Positions 51,293-63,887 of a stretch of DNA of 64,000 nt are shown piece by piece. The position numbers and the translations under genes are program-made. The stretch's first letter is position 1; each line of letters opens with the position of its first letter. Below the pieces are notes generated by a model. It ran no database searches. It saw nothing but the letters and a program-made list of their open reading frames with translations, and was not told the origin of the DNA. This DNA comes from Octopus vulgaris (taxonomy: Eukaryota). The stretch covers positions 55,056,001 through 55,120,000 of the forward strand of contig OX597815.1 of the NCBI GenBank assembly GCA_951406725.2, read 5' to 3'.

Positions 51293-54200
51293 GCTCTCAA
51301 TGGCAAATACCCAAAGAGAGCCAATAATGCAGATGTTGACAAAGCCCTTGTCTATCAATGGTTAGTGTCTTCTGGCTTAAAATCAGAAACAGAAGGGTTT
51401 CTCATAGCAGCCTAAGATCAATGCCTACCTACAAGGAACTACCAGGCCAACATTAATGAATGGCAGTAGCCCAACATGTAGTGTATAAAAATAACAAAAT
51501 GAAATTATCGATCATGTCTCCATGTGCAGTCTTCTTTCGCTTACAGAGTATCTCAACAGGCATGATAGAGCAGCACAGTATATTCACTGGGTAATTTGCA
51601 AAAACCTGAACCTGCTCATGATAAAAACTGGTGGAAACACAAACTACTTCCAGTGCTTGAAAATGATCACATCTCATTCCTCTGGAACTTCACCGTTCAA
51701 ACTGACATAAAGATAGATGCGAATTGGCCAGACATTATATTGAAGGATTTCAGGCAAAAGTTATGCCTCCTCATTGATATGACTGTCCCAATCGACATAA
51801 ATGTATTTGTCAAGACCTACCAAAAACTGAGCAAGTATAAAGATCTTGAAATAGAATTTGGTAAAATGTGGAACCTCAAGACTAAAACAATACCTGTTGT
51901 TTTAGATGCCTTAGGAATGATAGTAAAAGGAGTTGATTCCTACCTAGCTCAGATATCAGGAAACCCCAAAATGGCAGAAATTCAAAAGATAGTGCTTATG
52001 GGAACTGCCCATATCTTATGTAAAATACTGTCTATGTAATCTCAAATTTTAAAACAAACTCATAATTTTCTTGTCTTCTTAAACATTCTCTAGTACAGGG
52101 GTGGGGAAACTTTTTAGTGCGGCAGGCAAACATTTTCAAAGAAAAAGGTCCACGAGCGGATCACAAATTCTAACTCTTGTATCTATGTATAATTTGATAT
52201 ACATTAATAATGACAAGTTTAACACATTAAATTAACGCATAACATCTTCATTAACGCTGCCACTGTATTTAAGATGTTTATATTACTTATGAGGTATTCT
52301 ATATTTTTCAAAATGTACCTATCCTAATGTTGAAGAAATCATAACAATCAAAACGAACTGAATTTAATTTTGAAAAATTACATTAATACCTAAATAGTAT
52401 TACATGTAAATGACATATTTAAACAATTTTATCCTAGTGATAATTTTATCAAAGCTAATTAACCTTAACTTTAAAATTTGGCTTTGTTTAGTGAGAAGGA
52501 TCAAACTACTTTTTTTATGAAAGTTTAGGAATATCACAACTTTGAAAAAACTGCTATTCTTAGTTCATTGCTCATGTTTTTGCTAGTAAGTCTGGTACGA
52601 AGACGATTTTTTGCATAATTCAATTTGAAAAAAACTGCTCACATTGATAAGTTGTCGAAAATTGAGATAGATTTCAAGGCATTTTTATGTAAAGCATGGA
52701 ATTTCTCAGGATTGATGGCTTTGTAGAAGTCCAATAAAGTTAGATTACTATATTTTGATTTTATTAAGTTATCTGACTGCAAATCACTTAATTCTAATTG
52801 TAAGGAATCCGGAGCCTCCTCAGGACACATATCAAAAGGTGTTTCAAAAGCATGTAGTTCGATTTTATCTTGGATTTTTTCAAATCTACTTTCAAATTTC
52901 TTCAAAAGACTTTCATACTCGCCAAAATATTCATTTGTTGACTTGGGATTTTATTCACTCAATTTCAAAAAATGTCTGAAACACTTTCTTTTCAGTTGTA
53001 TGACAAATAAATGAAGCATCGATTCAAAGCTTTTCATATGAGGAAGGTTATTAGCTCATTGGAGCCTTGTAGTTTCAAGTTCAAATTATTTAAATGCCTA
53101 GTTATATCTACTAAAAATGCTAAACCGTTACATTGCTATACCTTGCCTCGACGGGCAGGTTATGATAAATCCAAAAGCATGCGAAGTAAAGTTTGTATTT
53201 GCGTCCTCTTCATTGTTTAGTAATGGTTACAGATAGAGATAGAATGATGTTGTAAGAGAACAGAATTAAAGCTAGTGGGACGTTGTCTCACAGTTGCTGT
53301 CAGTAAATTTCAATTCTCTCGCTGACCATTATCTTTAGTAGAAGCATTCCTTGTGATCATGATTTTAGCAGTCCGTTCCCTAACTAATTGAGTCGTCACG
53401 AGCTACCTCGCTCAGTTGTTGCCAAGTGACTACTTGGTTTTTGCTTGGGGTTCTTGTTTTTATAGCTATCCAGAAGGATGGACATATTGAGAACAATAGA
53501 TTTAGTTGGTGGTCTTGTTATTGCTATTCTATCTTTTGGTGAAGTAGAAGAGATTAGAAAGTGGTGAAGACATTATTTCGGTTTAGCTAAAGGCATCTGG
53601 AAAATGTAAAACTGCTTTTAGAGAAAAACCATTGTTCCACCGTGGGAAAAGTTCTGTTGCAGTGTTAATTTAATTTTGGCTATGGTGGATCGAATCCACT
53701 TCATGCATGCAAGACCCACTACAAACAGAAAGAGGGTGAGTATCGATTTTGGAGATTTTTTTCGTAAAAATGTGAAGAATGAAATTGGGAGGACAATTTA
53801 AATACTTGGGGAATTTTTACACTGTATCTTCTACAACCCTTCAGCTTTCGTTTCACATAAAAATTATTTCAATACATGCAATATATTTTTACTTTTCTCA
53901 GCTAAAGTGTAGTTGGGTCTCAAGGGGGTGGTACAAACCTAGCAATATGTGTTTTCTAGTGAAAACAAAATTTCCATTCAAATGGAAAATACCGGAGAAT
54001 TTCTGTCCGAGTCTGACCGTTTTAAGTTGTAGTGGAAACCCGACCTATGTCACAAGTAGATATACGAGTATTGTATAAATTTTATAATTGAAAAATTTAC
54101 TTTACTTTGTACATATGAGTACAGCAAATTGAGGGCCCAATAAAATGCTCAAGAACAATACTATGAGCAAAACCAAATATGACACCCTAGGCATAACACC

Positions 54201-54300
54201 AACTTCAACTTCCAACTTGTTGTCTCTTGAGGTCTCTGAGTGAGACTTGGAGTCAACTTGTACAAATACTAAGCAAAAGTCAAACAAATAATAATAATAA
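51293..54300 (+). mobile_element. R4/Dong remnant B, 3' UTR split by the insertion at 52096-54147
   Basis: 51293-52095 and 54148-54300 are colinear with 58475-59410. Confidence 0.85.
52096..53125 (-). mobile_element. hAT (Charlie/SPIN-like) transposon 3' part
   Basis: Terminus CAGGGGTGGGGAAAC after CTCTAGTA; minus-strand LAFLVDITRHLNNLNLKLQG, LQLELSDLQSD and dimerization-domain remnants. Confidence 0.82.
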
Positions 54301-56325
54301 TGGTGTTTCAAGTATCCCTTGAAAGGAAACTTGGCATCAAATTTTCGACCTATAACTTTTGACTGGTGTCTTGTGGTTAGACTATCTGGAAGTAACAATC
54401 TACTTCCAGAAGAACAGAAAGGGTACAGGAAACAAAGTAGGGCAACAAAAGATCACTTATTATTTGGTAAAATGATAATTAGAAACTAGTCGCAGATTGA
54501 CAGGACTGAATGTAGCTTGGCTAGATTATAAAAAAGCTTGTGACATGGTACCAAATAGTTGGATAAATAAAGCAATGAGCATGTTTGGAACAGCAAAAAA
54601 TATGGAGAAAGTGCTTAATGAAAGTATGAAACACTGGAATATTGAATTGATCGGAGGAAAGCAAAAACTTGGAAAAGTGGACATCAAACTTGGAATATAA
54701 GTGATAGCTTATCTCCATTACTATTCGTATTGGTCATGACACCGCTCACTATGATACTACGAAAAGTTGAAATTGCTTTTGGTAAAGGAAATGGTCAAAT
54801 AAATCATCTTTTCACGGATGATATAAAGGTTTGTGCGAAAAATAAGAAACAGCTTCAAAAGTCTTGTACATACAATCTGCATTTTCTCAAATAACATAGG
54901 TATGGAATTTGGGGCAGAAAAGTGTGCCATATTAAAAATGAAACGAGGAAGATTTGAAAGAAGCCAGAGAATTAAAATGCCAAGTGGGCAAACAATGAGA
55001 GCAGTTGAGAAAGGACAGTGGTACAAGTATTTGGGAATACTGGAAGCAGACAAGATAAAAAATAAAGAAATGAAACAAATTATCAGTAGGGAGTACAAAA
55101 GGAGTGTAAAAAAAATTATTGCAGTCAAAGCTGAATTCCAAAAATCTTATTGACGCAATAAATTCAAATGCAGTACCCTTAATTAGATATGGTATTGGAA
55201 TTATAGACTGGATCAAAAACTAGAAAGGTGTTGACGATGTATGGTGCCTACCAAACGAAAGCTGATATCAACTAGCTGTACGTGAGGAGAGACAGGGTGA
55301 AAGAGGCTTAATAGCAGTAGAAGAATGTGTACAGACGGAAAGAAAAAGTCTAGTAGAGTATTTACAGAGAAGCACAGAAAAACTACTAAAGAAAGTTAAT
55401 AAAGAACAGGTGATGAAGCGTGTAATAGGAGAAAAGGACAAGAATGAGTGTACGTCAGACAGATCGAAGAGAAACCTCTGAATGGCCAATTTTGGAAAGC
55501 AGCTGAAGAAGTATGTGGAACAAAATCCCGGGCTTGGTTAAAATAGAGGCTATTAAAAAAAGAAAGAAAGCCTAATTGTAGCAGCCCAAGATAAAGTAAT
55601 GAAAACAAACAAATTGAGAAAGAATATATATGGAGAGAATGTGTCAGGAAAGTGTAGAGCCTGTGGAACTTGGACCGAGACAGTGGCACATATTGTGGAG
55701 GAATGCCCCAAGTTAGCACAGGAAGAATATAAGAAATGGAGGCACGACCAGGTTGTAAACGTTTTACACTGGAAACTGCCAGAAATGGGGATTTGAAGCT
55801 GGAAATATATGGTACATTCACCGAGTCGACAGAGTATGGAATCGGAGAAATGTAAGATTTTGTGAGACTTTTCCCTTCAAACGGACAAGAAGTTAGAAAA
55901 TAATAGACCAGATATAACAGTTATAGATAAGGAAAAGCGAAGTTGCTTACTTATCGACCCTTCACGCCCGTTTGATTCCAGGATCGTAAAGAAAGAGGAA
56001 GAAAAACAAAAAATACAATCCCTTAGAATTTGAAATAGGAAGAATTTTGAGCATGAGAACAGTAAAGGTCATGCCTATAATAATTGGTGTTTTGGGAACA
56101 GTAAGCAAATATATGAACAAATGGCTGAAGGCGATTGGAATAGACTGCCTGGTAGAGCTCCTACTGAAAGTTTGTCTCTTAGAGACAGCAAGGATTATCA
56201 GAAGGGTTCTAAGCACTTGAAAGATTGCTGCTGAAAACTTATGGATACCTAGGGTTACAGGTAGTAACCCGCTACCCACATAAATCTTACCAGGAATAAG
56301 ACAGAACCTGAGCCAAACCAAAGGA
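54301..56325 (+). mobile_element. R4/Dong remnant C
   Basis: NFRPIT, LLPEEQKG, WLDYKKA, GMEFGAEKC, YKYLG, CRAC..ETVAHIVEEC, RHD, NRPDI. Confidence 0.88.
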
Positions 56326-56379
56326 AGAAGAAGAAGAAGAAATTATATGACTGGTAGGAGAAGGCGCTGCATAGTAGAT

Positions 56380-57130
56380 TCCCAAGGATAGTTGCAGCAA
56401 ATAGTAGTAGTGAGACATGGCTATGGTTGCAGAAAGAAAAACTGAAAAGGCAGACAGAAAGTTTCTTAGTAACTGCACAAGTTCAAGCATTAAGGACTAA
56501 TTGGATGAAAGCCAAGATAGACAAAAACCAAGTAGATTCCCAATGTAGGCTATGCAAATCAAAAGAGGAAAGTGTTTTTCATATAGCAAGTGAATGTAGC
56601 ATGTTGGCACAAAGAATACAAGAAAAGACATGACAACCTAGGGAGAGTAATTTACTGGAAGTTATGTGGAAAGTTAGGATTTGAAGATACTAATAAATGG
56701 TATGAACATGAACCTGGTAAAGTACTAGAAAGTAAGAAATACAAGATGTTGTCGGACTTTTACATTCAGACTGATAATAATAAAAGCTAGAAGGCTTGAT
56801 TTAGTAGTAATAGATAAGAGAATAGAAAATGCCAGATAATTTACTTTACAGTCCCAAATGATGATAAAATCAATATGAGAGGTATAGAAAAATAGCAAGG
56901 TACCAGGACCTAGCCATTGAATTACAGAGACTATGGAAAGTGCAGGTAAAATGTATCCCTAAAGTTCTGAACTGATGGATAGATGAAATAGATATAAAAC
57001 CCAGTTTAGTACAGCTCCAGAAAGCAGTGCTATTAGGGACAGTTAGGACACTTCTTGGTATCTAAAGTTACTTGTAGCTCCATGTTAGGATTTTTTCTTT
57101 TCCAACTGTCTAATCTGTTGTGTGTATATG
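56380..57130 (+). mobile_element. R4/Dong remnant D
   Basis: CRLCKSKEESVFHIASEC, RHDNL, WYEHEP; followed by a TAA/GAT tract. Confidence 0.82.
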
Positions 57131-57169
57131 AATATAATAATAATGATGATGATAATAATAATAAATGCA

Positions 57170-57688
57170 ATACCAGGCAATGGCTCTCATGGCTTCTCAT
57201 CTTAACTGATTGGAAGTCTTATCATTTATATTGTCTTGGTATAAAAGATGGGCTACAGCAAATATTCTGCTCAATACCACAGATTTGCTTGTCACTTGTT
57301 TGACCATAACCAGTTGAGCATGTCTCTTAGTGGCTGGCGATATGTGCATCTCTGATCATGAGCAGAACTAGTGGGGGAACATCATAGCCATGTGTTGAGA
57401 GGAATTCTTTGGAGTTTGGATAATTCATCTCCGGAAACATGGGTGTTTTGTCCAACCACTTTAAACAACCCTTATACAGGGACCTTTTGAACGGGATGGG
57501 CTACTCGACGTGAAAAAAATTCTAACTGAGCCCCCACCTGCAAGGTCATGCACTGTTTATCTTGATATGAGATCACACTGTCGTGCACATATAGTTGTGA
57601 TGCATGTGCCTAGTGTTAATAGACGGGTGGTCATGGTGAGTATACTGGGCTTCGTATCACTTTGATGGCATGCACTGTTCTCTCACTC
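57170..57688. repeat. Unclassified non-coding interspersed repeat between TAA tracts
   Basis: Bounded on both sides by (AAT)n; no coding motifs; family not assignable from sequence alone. Confidence 0.35.
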
Positions 57689-57713
57689 AATAATAATAAT
57701 AATAATAATAATG

Positions 57714-57745
<32 letters not shown>

Positions 57746-57908
57746 AATAATGATAGTAATAATAATGATAATAATAATAATAATGATGATAATGATGATG
57801 ATAATAATAATAATGATAATGATGATGATAATAATAATAATAATGATAATGATGATAATAATAATAATAATAATAATGATAATAATAATAATAATGATAA
57901 TAATAATG
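57689..57908. repeat. (AAT/GAT)n microsatellite
   Basis: Directly visible. Confidence 0.97.
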
Positions 57909-59407
57909 AGACGGAATAAGGCATTCAGTGATGAAGGAAAGGATCAGGAGAGAATGTTATCGCTGAGTAAGAGCAATACTCAAGACAGAGCTGAATGCGA
58001 GAAACAGGATCGAAGCGATCAATGCTCTAGTCATACCAGTCGTGACTTACAGTTTCAATATCGTTAACTGGTCAATTACTGAAATATGTAATCTTGATAA
58101 AAAAATACGAAAACTGTTGACAATGCATAGAATGCACCACCCTAAGGCAGATATAGAACGACTTTATCTGCCAAGAAAGGAGGGAGGCCGTGGACTTTTA
58201 CAACTGGCAATAACAATGAAGATTGCTACAATTGGCCTATACACCTACCTGAAAAACTCTGAGGACTGGATGTTAAAACTTGTCTCAAAACATGAAAACA
58301 AGCAAGCATCATACTCAGTAACAAAACAGGCAAAGGAATATCTAAGTGAATTCCAAATACAACAAATTTCGGAATTAGACATACAAAAAACAAGCACAGA
58401 AAAAGCTAAACGCATGAAAGCTCGTGCTAAAACTGCTGCCTTAGATATTCTGAATGATAAATGGCAAGAAAAACCTCTCTATGGCAAATACCCAAAGAGA
58501 GCGAATAATGCAGATGTTGACAAAGCCCTGACCCATCAATGGTTAATGGCCCCTGGCTTAAAATCTGAAACAGAAGGGTTTATCATTGCAGCTCAAGATC
58601 AATGCCTACCAACAAGGAACTACCCGGCCAACATATTAAAGAACGGCAGTAGCCCAACATGTCGTGTATGTCAACAACAAAATGAAACCATTGATCATGT
58701 TGTCTCCAAGTGCAGTCTTCTAGCGCCTACAGAGTATCTCAACAGGCATGATAGAGCTGCACAATATATTCACTGGGTAATCTGCAAAAACCTGGATTTG
58801 CCCCATGAAATAAAACTGGTGGGAACACAAACCACCTCCAGTGCTTGAAAATAACCACATCTCACTCCTCTGGAACTTCCCCATTCAAACTGACAGAAAG
58901 ATAGATGCAAATAGGCCAGACATCATATTGAAAGACTTCAAACAAAGAACATGCCTCCTCGTTGATATGACTGTCCCAATCGATATAAACGTATCTGTCA
59001 AGACCTACCAAAAACTGAGCAAATATAAAAATCTTGAAATAGAAATCAGCAAAATGTGGAACCTGAAGACTAAAACAATACTTGTTGTCATAGGTACCCT
59101 GGGAATGATAGCAAAAGGGGCTGATCGCTACCTAACTCAGATACCAGGAAACCCCAAAATGACAGAAATTCAAAAGATAGTGCTCATGGGAACTGCTCAT
59201 ATCCTACGCAAAATACTTTCTATGTAATCTCAAGTTTTAAAACAAACGTAATTTTCGTTTTTTTTTTTTTTAGACATTCACTAGAACAACACTAAATACA
59301 AAACCAAATATATGGCACACTTGGCATAACAACATCACGAACTTCCAGCCTGTTGTCTCTTGAGGTTTCTGGGTGAGACTTGGAGCCAACTTGTACAAAA
59401 GTCAAAC

Positions 59408-59410
<3 letters not shown>
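57909..59410 (+). mobile_element. R4/Dong remnant E (best preserved)
   Basis: RLYLPRKEGGRGL, CRVC...H....C zinc knuckle, RHD, RPDI..D, KLSKY; flanked by (TAA)n on both sides. Confidence 0.92.
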
Positions 59411-59451
<41 letters not shown>

Positions 59452-59816
59452 GGCATAGTCAGAGACTTGCAAAATCCTCTGGGATTTCCCAATCCAAACA
59501 GACTATGGGCTAGAGCATAACAGACCGGACCTAATGATGGTCGACAAGATTCACCACATATGCAATATAGTGGATACTGCGTGCCCCTTGAGCCACGAAT
59601 AGTCAAGAAGGAAGATAAAAACATAGATTAATACAATCCTCTTATTTACGAAATGGAAAACGAAGAAGGTGCAGATAGTGACAATTATTATTGGGTCCAT
59701 GGGGACAGTATCAGAAGGTATTGTTAGGAATATAAAAGAAATTGGAATAGAGTGCCCAGTAGAACTGTTACAAAAAGATTGCCTCCGTGGCACAGCCAGC
59801 ATAATAAAGAAAGTAT
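59452..59816 (+). mobile_element. R4/Dong RLE fragment F, interrupted by Gypsy (continues at about 63768-63870)
   Basis: LWDFPIQ, RPDLMMVDK, IIIGSMG, LQKDCLRGTASIIKKV. Confidence 0.75.
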
Positions 59817-60071
59817 TGTTGGTGAAAGAGTGTGACGGATAGGTGAGAGCGGAAGTAGGGCTCGCAGGGCTTGCAGGGCGCATGCGCCGCAGGAAGCGGA
59901 AGTGACACGCAGAACGCACGTGTGGCATCCACCAGTTGCGGCAGACACGACGAAGGCACCAGACGATCGAGTTGGCTAAGAGGTATCCGAATTCATCTCC
60001 GACGAGGTAAGACCCAATTACATTTCCATTCTCCCTTTTTCTATTGTACTCTTTTCACCGTTCACACTACA
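59817..60071 (+). repeat. 5' LTR
   Basis: Matches 63502-63767; ends CACTACA. Confidence 0.93.
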
Positions 60072-60126
60072 AGCTATTTCGGCAAATAAACACTCGGATT
60101 TATAAAAAAATTTTTTTTTTTTAATT

Positions 60127-60882
60127 ATGCAGAGTGCTCTGGTTTCGCGCGAACCTATAACACCGTTTTGCGGCGACACTGATGTGGTCGCTTGGTTGAA
60201 GAGAGTGAAGTTGGTGGCGAAGCTCCATGGTATAGGTGACCTGGCGAGCTTCATGCCGCTGTACTTGGATGGCCCGGCGTTGGCGTTATATTTAGAGATG
60301 GAGGAGATGGACCAACTTAGCGCAGATAAAGTAGAAATCCGACTGATGGAGGCCTTTGCGGAAGGAATGTTCGAGGCATACGCTCGCCTGTGTAGAATGA
60401 GATGGACTGGGCAACAGGTGGACGTGTTTGCCAATGAGCTTAGAAGACTGGCTAAATTGGCGGGTTATGGGGGAGAGTCGCTAGAACGGACGGTCAGGTT
60501 GGCGTTCGTGACCGGCTTTCCCGACATCATGTCGGTCGAGCTACAGAAGCTCCCGAACGTGCATTCGATGCCGATGGCCGACATCATATCTCGAGCACGT
60601 GTACTAGTTTCGTGCAGCAGAATGACGTCGGTAGCAGCGACTGCAACGTCGAAGAGTGGCCCAGCTAGGAGCAGCGGAGAGGGGCTGAGGAAAGAACGTG
60701 TGCGACCGTTCAAAGGACAGTGTTTCCGGTGCCAAGGTCCACACATGGTGCGTGACTGCGCGTCGCCCAAGCCTGAGGTGATTTGCTACCGGTGTCGAGA
60801 GCCGGGGCATGTAGCCAGCGAGTGTCTGCGGGGAAACGGACCGCGGGAGACTACTGCGCCGGTAGTTGTCCCTTTGGATTAG
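60127..60882 (+). CDS. gag: Gypsy Gag
   Basis: Intact 251-aa ORF with two CCHC knuckles (CFRCQGPHMVRDC, CYRCREPGHVASEC). Confidence 0.92.
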   Translation: MQSALVSREPITPFCGDTDVVAWLKRVKLVAKLHGIGDLASFMPLYLDGPALALYLEMEEMDQLSADKVEIRLMEAFAEGMFEAYARLCRMRWTGQQVDVFANELRRLAKLAGYGGESLERTVRLAFVTGFPDIMSVELQKLPNVHSMPMADIISRARVLVSCSRMTSVAATATSKSGPARSSGEGLRKERVRPFKGQCFRCQGPHMVRDCASPKPEVICYRCREPGHVASECLRGNGPRETTAPVVVPLD

Positions 60883-63527
60883 TAGCGGCGCGTTTATCAT
60901 CGCTACCTGTGGTCGACATTCTGGTGAAGGGGAAGATGTCTCGAGCCCTGGTGGACACGGGCTGTACAACGACCCTGATGACTACAGAAGTGGCAGAGAC
61001 GTGGAGTGGAGGAAGCAGTGTTAGGGCAGTCGACGGAAGAGAAGTGCACTGCGAAGGGGTTACGGATGCGCAGATTGTGGTGCAGGGACTACAGCTGACG
61101 TTGCGAGCGATTGTGGTTGGTCACTTGGTGGACGAGATTGACGTGGTGATGGGGATGGATGCAATCACCCGCTTGGGAGGTGTCACCGTCAACGAGGCTG
61201 GCGTAATGTTTGGGTTAGCGGGGAAACCGTGTAGGGCGAGACCGTGCACCGACGACAACCGTGAGGAAAAGGATGCGGCGCACACCATTGAAGACCAGGA
61301 TTTTCGGGCTGTCTTTGATGGGAAGAGGTGGACAGTGGAGTGGCACTGGAAGGGAGAGCCCCCGATGTTAAAGAATAAAGTGGGCTGCTATCAGCATACT
61401 CTAAAAGGAGATGCCAGAAGTGAGTTCGAGGGGGAGGTGGAGCGGTGGATTAAGGAGGGCATACTGATCCCTTGGGAAAAAGAAGAGAGCGGAGTCCTGC
61501 CACTGATGGCGGTGATACAGCCCACAAAGCATAAGGTCAGGCCAGTGCTTGACTTCCGAGAGCTGAATGACCACGTACGTGTCATACGGGCGGCGAGGCC
61601 ACGGATGTCTGCGGAGACACCTTGCGAGAGTGGAGGCAGACGACGGGTGCCTCCACGATTGTTGATTTGAAGTCGGCATACCTACAGGTGCATGTGGCTG
61701 AGAAATTATGGAAGTACCAGCTCGTCAGGTATAGGGGCCGGACGTACTGTCTGACCAGGTTGGGATTTGGGCTGAATTCAGCGCCGAAGATTATGGCAAC
61801 AATTCTCAAGGCCATCCTGGGGAAGGTGGACAGAGTAAAAAGGGCCACCAATTCATACATCGATGACATTCTGGTGGATGAAACCGTGATACCAGCAACG
61901 GAGGTCATAGGCCACCTGAAGAGTTTTGGACTGATCGCCAAGCCACCAGAGGCTATAGAGGGAGGTGCTGCACTGGGCCTCAAGCTATGGAGAGACAAGG
62001 CCGGCGCCTTGGTGTTCCGGCGAGAGAATGAGGTCCCTGAACTGGGCGCCAGCATGAGTAGACGGGAACTGTTCTCTGTGTGTGGGAAGCTGGTGGGACA
62101 CTACCCGATTGCAGGCTGGCTCCGGACAGCATGTAGCTTCATCAAGAGACGAGCCGAAGGAGTGAAGTGGAATGATAAAGTGAGGGAGAGGACGATCGAC
62201 ATGATGCAGGAAGTCTTGGTCAGAGTAGGAGCAGAGGACCCAGTGAGGGGCAGCTGGTATGTTCCCAAATCAAAGAGCGGGATCGTATGGTGTGATGCCA
62301 GTAGCATCGCAATAGGGGTTGTCTTGGAAGCTGAGCGTGATCTTTGTGCCTTCCGAGAAGAACAGCGCAGACGTCCTGACCAGGGTAAAGCGAGCCTGGT
62401 TGCAGGTGCCAGAGGATGCGAAGCAGGCTGTAGCTGCAGTATGCCGTCTGAGCGACTCGGAGTTACGGAGACTGCACACCATGCATCACATGGGTGTGGA
62501 CAGGACATTGTTCCTAGCCAGAAAAGTTGACTCCGACGTAACAAGACAGAGCGTGCAGAGAGTGGTTAGCAGTTGTGACAGGTGCCAGTCCATCGACCCT
62601 GCTCCGGTCGTGCATGAAGCGGGAAGTATTCCAGTGGACCAGGACTGGAAACGATTGGCGGTGGACATAACATACTACCGGCAGGGGACATACCTCTCAA
62701 TGGTTGACTGCGGACCGGGGCAGTTGGCCATATGGAGGGAGATGAAGTCGGGGACCGCAGAAGAAATTGTGAAAGTGTTGAATGAGATATTCCTAGAACG
62801 AGGCCCCGTGGATGAACTGCTTCTGGACAACGACACTGCATTTCGCTCGGATGTGCTGAGGGAAATGCTTGATGAGTGGAAGGTCAACCGCTTCTTCAGG
62901 GCGGCATACCGGCCAAGTGGAAACGGGGTGGTGGAAAGGCATCATCGTACCATCAAGGCCATGGCAGAGAGGGGTCACATTTCACCAGTCGAGGCCGTGT
63001 TTTGGTACAATATGTCGCCCAGATCAGGACAGGCTGAGGAGTCGGTGCCACACAGGGCAATATTCAGGTACGAGTGGAGGCATCCGTGTACTACATCAAT
63101 GCGACCCGGGGCAGAGGAAGAGTACGCCTTCGTGCAGGTCGGGGAGGAAGTCTGGGTAAAAACCCCAAACGCACGGTGTACATCGCAATGGGGAAAGGGG
63201 ACAATAACCTCTGTAAATTCAAAGAATAACATCTCGGTCGATGGTATGCCACGCCACGTTTTGGACATAGGGAGGATTGTCCATGCCCCAGAGGATGGGA
63301 CCAGCAGCAGTGGGCAAGACGGAAACAACAGACAGGATGACGAGGCCGGCAGCAACACACCAGGAACAAGTCCTAGGGTTGCACTGCGACCACAGAGGGA
63401 GCGGCACCCCCTCCCTGGTTGGCTGATTATGAAACCAGTTTCAGGTGCGGGAGCGAGTGAGGAAGCCGGTTCAGTGATCTGTAGATCAGGGGGGCGTGTG
63501 GTGTTGGTGAAAGAGTGTGACGGATAG
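60831..63527 (+). pseudogene. pol: Gypsy Pol (protease, RT, RNase H, integrase), disrupted
   Basis: LVDTGC; RPVLDFR, DLKSAY, YIDD; WCDAS; HHCC, LAVD, LLDN, VERHH. Frameshift near 61580-61620 and RNase H deletion near 62330. Confidence 0.9.
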
Positions 63528-63767
63528 GGGAGAGCGGAAGTAGGGCTCGCAGGGCGGAAGCAGGGCTTGCAGGGCGCATGTGCCGCAGGAAACGAAAGTG
63601 ACACGCAGAACGCACGTGTGGAATCCACCAGTTGCGGCAGACACGACGAAGGCACCAGACGATCGAGTTGGCTAAGAGGTATCCGAATTCATCTCCGACG
63701 AGGTAAGACCCAATTACATTTCCATTCTCCCTTTTTCTATTGTACTCTTTTCACCGTTCACACTACA
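63497..63767 (+). repeat. 3' LTR
   Basis: TGTGGTG...CACTACA imperfect inverted termini directly after the PPT. Confidence 0.93.
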
Positions 63768-63887
63768 AGATAGTTGAAAAGAACAGATTGCACGATACCG
63801 TAGGCCTCAAGCCGCAAGACTGCTACTCATGCAAAATGCAGGAGTTGCAACAAAACCTGAGATAAAAAGAAATGATGATGATGATGA

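Larger units (their letters stand above)
59817..63767 (+). mobile_element. Ty3/Gypsy LTR retrotransposon (~3.95 kb)
   Basis: Two LTRs, gag, then PR-RT-RH-IN order, purine tract AGGGGGG at 63488 just before the 3' LTR. Confidence 0.95.

Noticed and set aside
57631-58067. Poly-Asn, poly-Ile and poly-Leu ORFs
   Set aside because: Translations of the (AAT/GAT)n tract.
62975-63655. 226-aa antisense ORF, or possible env, in the Gypsy element
   Set aside because: It is the antisense shadow of GC-rich integrase and LTR sequence; there is no room for env between integrase and PPT.
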